Virus record (IMG/VR): IMGVR_UViG_3300037483_000693
Location: 137-64,136 of that record
DNA length: 64,000 bases
DNA from: a virus
Lineage: Duplodnaviria > Caudoviricetes
Direction: 5' to 3' (one strand)
Shown here: in pieces, positions 24,867 to 32,266 of the stretch
Layout: every line of letters begins with the position of its first letter
Numbering within the stretch: the first letter of the stretch is position 1
Notes under the pieces: generated by a model
Databases searched by the model: none
What the model saw: only the letters and a program-made list of their open reading frames with translations
Told to the model about the DNA's origin: nothing
Program-made: the position numbers and the translations under genes

Positions 24867-25091
24867 TCACAGGCCCTTCGCCGCCCAGCCCGCGACCCAC
24901 ATCGACCCGGCCAGCACCCCCGCCAGCGCCGTCACAGGCAGCACCGTCCACGGCCCGACGATCGCCCACCAGACCGCGACCAGCCCAGCCGCTGCGACGG
25001 CCGCGGCGTACCCGTGTCTCGACCTGACCGATCTGAGCAGGCGTGCGAGGGCGGTGACGTGGCGGGGGTGGCGGACGATCACGGGTGGCAT
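24867..25091 (-). CDS. Small two-TM membrane protein
   Basis: Hydrophobic C-terminal hairpin. Confidence 0.45.
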   Translation of the reverse strand: MPPVIVRHPRHVTALARLLRSVRSRHGYAAAVAAAGLVAVWWAIVGPWTVLPVTALAGVLAGSMWVAGWAAKGL

Positions 25092-25289
25092 CACGATCCA
25101 GAGCGGGGCTTGGTGCGCGGCGGCGAGTCCAGGGTAGGCGACCCGCGCGGGTCCTCCCCCCTCAAGGTCGGCCCGGCCGGCGCCGATAGACCTGGGGACA
25201 GCACGAGACCCCCGGACGCGGTGCGCTAACACCAGCCGGGGGCCCAGCCCCCGAGGGGGCTGACCACCTGCTAGCACAGGAGGCCCGCG

Positions 25290-25469
25290 ATGAGCGACCC
25301 TACCCCCATCACCCGCGCCCGTCAGGCGCTCGCAGCTGCACGCGTCACAGCGGCCTGGCATGCCGCCGTCGCCGCCGGGGACACCGACCCGGGCCGGCCG
25401 CGGAGGCTGTGCGCCGCGATCCGCGCCCAGCTCGCCGTCCTGGCCGTGACCGAGGACGTGGCCCTGTGA
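25290..25469 (+). CDS. 59-aa hypothetical protein
   Basis: AGGAGG SD; preceded by the perfect inverted repeat CAGCCCCC-GA-GGGGGCTG (25245-25262). Confidence 0.55.
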   Translation: MSDPTPITRARQALAAARVTAAWHAAVAAGDTDPGRPRRLCAAIRAQLAVLAVTEDVAL

Positions 25470-25546
25470 CCGGGCCGCTGCCGACCCCCGGCCCGGTGCT
25501 GGTCCTCATCCTGGTCGTGGCCGCGGTCCTGGCAGGCCGGCTGTGA
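25466..25546 (+). CDS. 26-aa single-TM peptide
   Basis: GTGA coupling on both sides; VLVLILVVAAVLA. Confidence 0.45.
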   Translation: MTGPLPTPGPVLVLILVVAAVLAGRL

Positions 25547-25797
25547 CCGGCCTCGACCGCCTCGTCATCGACGGCGATGGGCGGATCCGGCTGGACCCGG
25601 CGCGGCCCGGACGGTGGCTGCACCGGACCGTCAACACCTGCGCGGCCGGGATGCTGGCCGGCGGGTGCTGGGTGGCGTTCGGCCACCTGGGTGGCCCACG
25701 CTGCGTGGGCGACTGGGTGGCCCTCGGCCTGGCGCTGGCCGTTGTCAGCGTGATGGCGGTCCTCGTCGCCGCCTCGACGTTGCGGAGCCCCCGGTGA
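25543..25797 (+). CDS. Small two-TM protein (Spd-like)
   Basis: Coupled; hydrophobic helices. Confidence 0.5.
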   Translation: MTGLDRLVIDGDGRIRLDPARPGRWLHRTVNTCAAGMLAGGCWVAFGHLGGPRCVGDWVALGLALAVVSVMAVLVAASTLRSPR

Positions 25798-26771
25798 TCC
25801 CCGCGCCGTGGGGGTGCGCGACCCCAGCATCGGCGTGCGCGGCCGGCGCGGCTGCAGCGCTGGCCCTGGACTGGTGGGGCATCGGACACCAGGCGACCCG
25901 CGACCGTCTGACCACCGTCACCGCCGCGGTCAGCCTGGCCGGGCTGTCCGCGGCCGCGGGCTGGCCGGGCTGGGTGCACGTGCCCGGTCCGGTGATGGCC
26001 GCGGGCACCGCCGTGTGGGTCACTGCTGCCGGTGGTCTCGGTGTGGTTCTCGCCTCGTCCCGGCGGGCGGCGATGCGCCGGCCACGTGGTCGGATCGCGG
26101 TCCAGGCGTGGCTGCTGGTCGTCCTGCTGGTGGCCCTGGCCCCGGCGACGGTGGGGCGGCCGGTCGTGCTCGCGGGGGCGTGGCTGGTGGGAGACCCTGA
26201 CCTTGCAGTCGGTGGGGGGCTCATCGGGGTGGTTACCGGGTGGTGGCTGGCCGCGGCGGGGGTCCGGCCGTGGCTGCTCCTGACCCGCCCCAGTGGCAGG
26301 CAGGGCCACTCCCCCACTGGTCGGCTCCGGTCGGCTGGCACACGTTTCCGCAGGTCAGGCAGTGCAGTTGCAGGTGCAGTGCAGTTGCAGCGGTCGCGAC
26401 CGGTCGCGGCCGGTCGGCCGGTCGGCGGCGACCGGCGCGACGCGTTCGCCGACACGGCGGTCATGGTCGGCGAGCCGGTCGCACCGGTCCGCCTGGCCCG
26501 CCCGGTCGTCGCCTGGTCGTGGCGGTCGGCCACCCGTCGGGTCCTGGCGTGGGCTCCCCCGGACGCGGTCGCGATGGACGCCCCGACCGACGCCCCCGCC
26601 GAGCCGGGCTGGCGGGCATGGGTCGGCCGGCAGCTCGACCGGGGCGCACCGACCACGGAGATCATCCGGACGGCACGCCGGCAGTGGGGCGGGTCGGAGC
26701 GGACCTGGTACAACCGGTTGGCCGGGATCCGCGCCGACCGGTCGCGGCTGGCCCGGGCAGGCCTGCGGTGA
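25794..26771 (+). CDS. Multi-TM protein with a C-terminal HTH (Spd-like)
   Basis: Several TM helices; GAPTTEIIRTARRQWGGSERTWYNRL. Confidence 0.6.
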   Translation: MIPAPWGCATPASACAAGAAAALALDWWGIGHQATRDRLTTVTAAVSLAGLSAAAGWPGWVHVPGPVMAAGTAVWVTAAGGLGVVLASSRRAAMRRPRGRIAVQAWLLVVLLVALAPATVGRPVVLAGAWLVGDPDLAVGGGLIGVVTGWWLAAAGVRPWLLLTRPSGRQGHSPTGRLRSAGTRFRRSGSAVAGAVQLQRSRPVAAGRPVGGDRRDAFADTAVMVGEPVAPVRLARPVVAWSWRSATRRVLAWAPPDAVAMDAPTDAPAEPGWRAWVGRQLDRGAPTTEIIRTARRQWGGSERTWYNRLAGIRADRSRLARAGLR

Positions 26772-27403
26772 CCGGCCGCACCGGTCACCCGACCGGTCGG
26801 ACCATGACCGCTCCGTCCGGTGTCGACCGGGCGCTGCGGGCGGTCGTCCTGCTCGCCGGGCTGGCGGTGACCGCCCGCTGGGAGCACGCCTACGGCGCCA
26901 CGATCGGGCTGGATGCGCTGGCGTGGGCGATCCCGGTCCTGACCGCCGGGTATCTGACCCTGGCGATCCGCAGGGGCCGGGATGTGGCCGCGGCGATGTG
27001 CGCAGCGCTCGCCTCGACGCTGGTCGGGGCGCTCGCGTCCACCCTGCCGGTCCCTGCCCCGGTGCTGGCTGCGGCGACCGCGACGCTGGTCGCTGCGGTC
27101 GCGTTCCGGGCGCACACCATCTTGGAGGGCGACCGGCCGGATCCTGGGCCGGTTGCGTGCCCGGCCGACCGGCTGGCCCCGGACGCCCCGGTGCCGGTCG
27201 TCCCTGCTCTGAGGCGGGCTGGCGTCGGGGACGGCGACCGGTCGCCGCGGGCGGTCGCCCGGCAGGTCGTCCTGGACCATGCCGGCGCCGAGCTGGACGA
27301 CCGGCAGGTCCGGGACCTGATCGCGGTCGCGCTGCCGGGCCTGTCCAGGGACGCCGTCCGCGGCCTGCACCGCCGGGTCGCCGCGGAGCTGGAGGACGCC
27401 TAG
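26768..27403 (+). CDS. Four-TM protein with a C-terminal helical/HTH-like domain (Spd-like)
   Basis: Hydrophobic helices, then LDDRQVRDLIAVALPGLSRDAVRGLHRRV. Confidence 0.55.
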   Translation: MTGRTGHPTGRTMTAPSGVDRALRAVVLLAGLAVTARWEHAYGATIGLDALAWAIPVLTAGYLTLAIRRGRDVAAAMCAALASTLVGALASTLPVPAPVLAAATATLVAAVAFRAHTILEGDRPDPGPVACPADRLAPDAPVPVVPALRRAGVGDGDRSPRAVARQVVLDHAGAELDDRQVRDLIAVALPGLSRDAVRGLHRRVAAELEDA

Positions 27404-27473
27404 GCGGGCTGGGGCCCGGCCAGCGCTCGCAACGCTGGTCGGGCCCTCGCTTGATTCCCGCCGGTATGGGCGG

Positions 27474-29738
27474 TCAGGCGATTGGTCGGGTGTAGGGCTG
27501 GATGTCCCGCACCGTGCCAGCAGTGGTCACTGCGAATGGGTCATAGTTGCTGGCGACGTCAAGCCATGCGCGGAGCCCGACCAGGTTCCACCCCCACCAT
27601 GGAACATGCGTTTGCGCGTCTGCGGCGCCCGTGTCGGGGTGATTCCACTCGCCGATCATTGCGCTGGCCGCAGCATTCGCGGCGTTGGCCGGGTACAGGT
27701 TCGCACCCCTGCGTGCCACTTCCAGGGCGTCGGTGCCGAAGCCGTAACGCAAAAGGCCGATCGCGGCCATGTACTGGGATGGCTCCCAGATCGGGCCGTT
27801 CCAGTTGGTCTGCCAGGCGGTCGGGGTGGTGTAGCCGGACGGGAGGTAGGCAGCGTCGGTCTTGTCCAAGGTGGCGATGCCGTAATTGGAGAGGAAATGA
27901 CTCGGATCCATCAGTCGGTTCCGTACAACCTGCGCCTGCGCCTGCGCGAGAACGCCGCAGTAGAGACCATAGATGGCGTCAGCCTGATAGTGCGGGGACG
28001 GGGCGGCGAGTTGCGTGTCGTAGTTGAACAGCCATCCGCCGGAGTCTGACCACAGATGGGTCTGGATCGCGGTCTTGAGGGTTGCGGCCTTCCCTGCATA
28101 AATGGCCACGTCGGTGGTGTTGGCCTGCTGGGCGGCGATCCCCTGCATGGCCCGGTATTCGGCGAACATCAGGCAGTTCGCGATCACCGATTCGAACCGG
28201 TTCGGTTCGACGTTGGTTGTGCCGCTCGGGTTGGTTGCGATGGCGCCGTCCCATCCGAGTTCTTGCCCGTTGTCCATGACAAATAGGCCGCGGCCGGTCT
28301 TCCGGTTCGCCTCCCACCATGCGAGGTGGTTGGCCAGGGTCGCGTAAGTGAACCAGCTTGTGTCCCCGTCGTGGGAGAGGATTGCCGCCGACTGGCAGAA
28401 CAGTGCCTGAGACCAGACACGGCCGCCCCCGGGATCGGTTGGTCCGGCCGCCGTAAGGATGGCGGGGAGGCGTCCCCCGGCCTGCGGGTTGGCCAGGACG
28501 TTCAGGAGTAGGCCGCGCGCCTGATCGAGGGCCCCGATGTCCCGGAAGAACGGAAGCAGCCAGTAGGCGTCGAAAATGAATATCCCGAAGTTCTGGTAGG
28601 CGGTCGCAGGGGCGATCCACCAGGTATTCGGAAAGATCCCCGTGGCTGCTCGGCAGCGGGCGTTAAGACGGTTGATCTCGGTGTTCAGAAGCGCGTCGTG
28701 CAGCTCATTGCCGCCGCGGAGCGGCCCCATGATCGGAACCTCGACGGCGGGGCTCGGGGTGAGGCTGTCCAGGGGCTGCATGGTTAGCGACTGAATGATG
28801 AATTCGAGAGTGACGGTGCCGACCGCGTTGTCCATCTTTCCGAGGATGAGACGGCATGGGCCGTCGTATGTTGTGGAGATGTCCGCCGCACAGCGGGGTC
28901 GGTAGGTCGTGCTCGTGCCGTCGGCCTTGGTGAACACCACTAGGTAGCCGACGGCGTCGCGCCGGACCCGGATTGTGGTAACGGCATTCCCGGTCTGGCT
29001 GAATGAGCCGATCGTCACGATCGACCCAGCGGTGTTCGTGGCTTTCACCGCCCAGGTTTGCGAGCTTCCGTAGTTGAATTCAATCTGTATCGCCATGGGG
29101 GCCTGGGGTGTCGCCGGTGTCGTCCCCCAGGAAGGAACCACCCCGAGGATTTGGGTGTTTCCCGACTGCGCCACGATGTTCGGGGACAGGGTGATATCGA
29201 AGTGCCCGAGGGGCCCGCTGATCATATACGCACTCGTACTCGCTGTACCGCACGTGAACCGGTAACCCCAAAGCCCTTGCGTGTTGTTCGTTATCGGCTG
29301 CAATGCGACAGCAGTCGCACCCGTACCCACGGCCTTCAATCGAAACGACTGGTCGACCCCGGACGGGCGGGCCGGGAACAGCGCCGAGCCGCCACCTAAC
29401 GCGACGCCGTTGACGGTTGGCGTACCGGTGAATGCGGGAGAGACCATCGGGGCATACGTGCCGGACAGGGCCGCGGGAAGCAGCGAATACCGGGTGACCC
29501 CATCACCGACTTTGACCACCCCCGTGTCCGTCTCAAGGCAGACACCACCCGGACCGACAACCGAATCCGCGGCAGCCAACGCGGCAGCCGTCGCGACGAA
29601 CCGGGCCCGGACCACCACCCCCGCCGCCGCGAACCCCCGCAACTCGTCATCGGTCAAGAGCGTCGTGTCGACCGGGTCCCCGATCTCGAACGACGCCGCC
29701 CTCGCCGCGAACGGCCTGGCCGCGTAGTAGATCGCCAT
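27474..29738 (-). CDS. Tail spike/depolymerase-like protein: fibre-type N-terminus plus a GH63/MGH1/trehalase-like (alpha/alpha)6 domain
   Basis: CLETDTGVVKVGDG N-terminal motif; FIFDAYW, ELGWDG, WNGPIWEP, GLLRYG, GEWNHPDTG. Confidence 0.7.
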   Translation of the reverse strand: MAIYYAARPFAARAASFEIGDPVDTTLLTDDELRGFAAAGVVVRARFVATAAALAAADSVVGPGGVCLETDTGVVKVGDGVTRYSLLPAALSGTYAPMVSPAFTGTPTVNGVALGGGSALFPARPSGVDQSFRLKAVGTGATAVALQPITNNTQGLWGYRFTCGTASTSAYMISGPLGHFDITLSPNIVAQSGNTQILGVVPSWGTTPATPQAPMAIQIEFNYGSSQTWAVKATNTAGSIVTIGSFSQTGNAVTTIRVRRDAVGYLVVFTKADGTSTTYRPRCAADISTTYDGPCRLILGKMDNAVGTVTLEFIIQSLTMQPLDSLTPSPAVEVPIMGPLRGGNELHDALLNTEINRLNARCRAATGIFPNTWWIAPATAYQNFGIFIFDAYWLLPFFRDIGALDQARGLLLNVLANPQAGGRLPAILTAAGPTDPGGGRVWSQALFCQSAAILSHDGDTSWFTYATLANHLAWWEANRKTGRGLFVMDNGQELGWDGAIATNPSGTTNVEPNRFESVIANCLMFAEYRAMQGIAAQQANTTDVAIYAGKAATLKTAIQTHLWSDSGGWLFNYDTQLAAPSPHYQADAIYGLYCGVLAQAQAQVVRNRLMDPSHFLSNYGIATLDKTDAAYLPSGYTTPTAWQTNWNGPIWEPSQYMAAIGLLRYGFGTDALEVARRGANLYPANAANAAASAMIGEWNHPDTGAADAQTHVPWWGWNLVGLRAWLDVASNYDPFAVTTAGTVRDIQPYTRPIA

Positions 29739-29750
29739 CAGGTCCTCCGG

Positions 29751-30212
29751 TCAGGTCGTGAGGGTCAGCCCGGCACGCCCGGCGACAGTCGGCACAGCCG
29801 GCGCCACCACCGCTGTCACCGCCGCCGTACCAGCCGCCGCCACCGCAGCGACCACAACAGCCCGCCAGTCCACGTCCAGCATCCCAGACCACGACGGCGG
29901 CAGGAACCCCAACACCACCCCAGCGAACGCCGGCAGGACCCGGGAATAGGCCAGGGACAGGACTCCCCCACCAGTGACAGCAGGCACCTCCGCCACCGCG
30001 ACGACCATCCCCTTCACGACGGTGAAGGCCAGGACACCGCCCATCGTCACCGCGGTGGCCGCGAGGTCGACGTGCCCGGCCGCCGCCGTCACCGCGAGCA
30101 GCACGGGTGCGATGGCTTGCAGTCCCTGCCGGGCGAGGCGCTCGCCGAGGTCACGCCACCACGGCCAGGAAATGACCGGACGGACAAGGACAGGACTGGG
30201 ATTGGTGGTCAT
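29751..30212 (-). CDS. Holin-like membrane protein
   Basis: About four TM helices; WWRDLGERLARQ; in the lysis cassette. Confidence 0.6.
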   Translation of the reverse strand: MTTNPSPVLVRPVISWPWWRDLGERLARQGLQAIAPVLLAVTAAAGHVDLAATAVTMGGVLAFTVVKGMVVAVAEVPAVTGGGVLSLAYSRVLPAFAGVVLGFLPPSWSGMLDVDWRAVVVAAVAAAGTAAVTAVVAPAVPTVAGRAGLTLTT

Positions 30213-30261
30213 CAGTTTCCTCTCGATTGGTGCGCCCAGGGGGCGCAGGTGGATTCAGAAC

Positions 30262-30609
30262 TCAACCCTGCCTAAGCAGGTAGGCGTAGCTGACGAGTGT
30301 CGCCAGCGCGACCAGCGCGCCGAGAGCGGTGGCGACCCGGGTCAGCGGCGACCAGGAATGGTCATCCTTGCTCCGGCGTGCGTCCTCAGCGTCTTTGAGT
30401 GCCGCCGCAGTCGTCACGACCGTGGCGTCCCTGCTGACGGCCTGGTCGCCGAGACGCTGGACGGCGAGCGTCAGCTGGTGCATTTCGCTGGCCAGGGCAG
30501 CGATCGACCCGTTGATGTCGGCGAAGTGCTGGTCGTGGCCGGCGAGGCGGGCGGCGATCTCTCCCGCGAGGTGGCCCCGCTCGTAGGCGTCGTCGAGTGT
30601 GCCCGTCAC
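30262..30609 (-). CDS. Coiled-coil protein with a C-terminal TM helix (lysis accessory)
   Basis: Heptad pattern, then one TM helix. Confidence 0.55.
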   Translation of the reverse strand: MTGTLDDAYERGHLAGEIAARLAGHDQHFADINGSIAALASEMHQLTLAVQRLGDQAVSRDATVVTTAAALKDAEDARRSKDDHSWSPLTRVATALGALVALATLVSYAYLLRQG

Positions 30610-30932
30610 GGGCGTGCCCTCTGCGTGGCGGCGGAGAGGCTGGCCCGTGCATGGTCAGCGAGGTGCCCGGTCAGCGCAGCCCGGTCCGCGATGGCCTCTG
30701 CGCGCATGTCCCGGACCTCCGCATGAATCAACTCGAGGAGGCCGACGGTCTTCTTGGCGTAGCCGTTTCCGGTGGGCTCGGACAGGTCCCGGGCTTCCTC
30801 GGCGAGGTTGGACGCAGCGTCGACCTTTTTCCCGGTCTTGTTGATCCGGGCGATGGCGACCCCGGAGCCTCCTGCGGAGATCGCGGAGACGATCACGCCG
30901 AGCGCGGCCCATGCCTCTTCGGGTATGTACAT
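30606..30932 (-). CDS. Membrane protein of the lysis cassette (DUF2746-like)
   Basis: N-terminal TM helix, coiled C-terminus. Confidence 0.55.
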   Translation of the reverse strand: MYIPEEAWAALGVIVSAISAGGSGVAIARINKTGKKVDAASNLAEEARDLSEPTGNGYAKKTVGLLELIHAEVRDMRAEAIADRAALTGHLADHARASLSAATQRARP

Positions 30933-30983
30933 CGGCTGGTCTCCTGGGGGTCTCGTGGCCCCCCGGCCAAGTTGCTGGGTCGG

Positions 30984-31817
30984 TCAGGCGTGCGGCAGTG
31001 CGGCACCCAGTCCGACCAGCACGCGGTGCGCGACGTCGGCGGGGTCGACGCCGCCGGCCAGGTGCGGGGCGAGCGCCGCGGCGAGCGCTGCGACGTCGAC
31101 CATGGTGGCGACCGGCGCGGCGACGTCCGGGAGGAGCTGCAGGTCGTCGCCCGACAGTCTCGGGATGGTCGCGCGGGTCTGGCCGGTGATCTTCAGCCAC
31201 GCGTCGAGGGTCGCCTGGTCGGGGATCCGGACCCGCCTGGACCCGGCGACCAGGTAGTCGGCGACACCGGGGACGTTCACGATGATCATGTCTGGCTCCT
31301 TCTCGATCGGACTGATGCTGGCGGTGGTGGTGGCCGCCAGCAGCATCCCGGCGTGCACCCAGTCGTAGAGCAGCTCGCCGGGGCACAGGGTGGCGTACCC
31401 GTCGCTGTGGCCGAGCATCGTCAAGCGCCGGCCGGCACGCTCGCAGGCCTGCTCGTACAGCCCCCGTGTCGTGGCGAGCGCGGCCGGGGACGGCACCTGC
31501 CCGCCACCGACATGGATCTGACAACCCCACCCGGACCGGTTGTGGCCCTCGCAGTGCGCGCCGACCAGCCCCCAGCCGCGGCCCTCCCACGCGGAGCCGT
31601 CCTGGAACACCACGTGGTTGTAGCCGACCCCGGACCAGCCGTTCGCGCGGTGCCCGGCGTCGATCGCCCGCATCGCCGCCGCGCCGGTGTCCCGCGTCGG
31701 GGTCCCGCCCTCGTAGTGCACGAAGAACTCCCGCCGGGCCGCGTCCGGCCAGGGGTAGACGGCTCCCGCCCATGCCGGCGCACCCCAACCGGACCGGGAG
31801 ACGACCTGGACACCCAT
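30984..31817 (-). CDS. Endolysin, N-acetylmuramoyl-L-alanine amidase (Amidase_2/PGRP-like)
   Basis: VSRSGWGA, FVHY, GWSGVGYN, EGRGW..VGAH, GHSD..ATLCPG. Confidence 0.9.
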   Translation of the reverse strand: MGVQVVSRSGWGAPAWAGAVYPWPDAARREFFVHYEGGTPTRDTGAAAMRAIDAGHRANGWSGVGYNHVVFQDGSAWEGRGWGLVGAHCEGHNRSGWGCQIHVGGGQVPSPAALATTRGLYEQACERAGRRLTMLGHSDGYATLCPGELLYDWVHAGMLLAATTTASISPIEKEPDMIIVNVPGVADYLVAGSRRVRIPDQATLDAWLKITGQTRATIPRLSGDDLQLLPDVAAPVATMVDVAALAAALAPHLAGGVDPADVAHRVLVGLGAALPHA

Positions 31818-32263
31818 CAGGCAGCCTCATACGTGCCGACGACCGTGACCACGTCGCCGGCCGCGAACGTGAACGGCACCGTGCTGGTGATCCCGCCCGA
31901 CGGGCCGGCACCGTAGGTCAAGCCGATGGTGGAGGTGTCGACGAGGCGGGCGTTCGCGAGATAGTGCCCCGCGGTCCCCGCGGAGCTGTCGAACAGGCTG
32001 GCGGAGAACAACCCCGCCGGTCCGGTCACGTAGTCGCCCGCCGCCGCAACCGGGAGACTTATTTGTGGTGGGTTGGCCAGGCTGATCCCGGTCCCTCCGA
32101 GCGTGACCTGCACCCGGAAGTGGACCAGGTCTCCCCACTGGCGCCACCTGGCGACAACCGTCCCGGTGGTCCCCTTGGACAGGTTCGTCAGGGTCGGCGT
32201 CCACGTCGCGAAGTCCGCGAAGTCGGATGCCTTGATCTCCTCACCGGCCAGAACCATTCCCAC
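31817..32263 (-). CDS. Minor tail protein
   Basis: Beta-rich; WTPTL...ARWRQWGDLV motif; position after the large tail gene. Confidence 0.55.
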   Translation of the reverse strand: MGMVLAGEEIKASDFADFATWTPTLTNLSKGTTGTVVARWRQWGDLVHFRVQVTLGGTGISLANPPQISLPVAAAGDYVTGPAGLFSASLFDSSAGTAGHYLANARLVDTSTIGLTYGAGPSGGITSTVPFTFAAGDVVTVVGTYEAA

Positions 32264-32266
32264 ACC

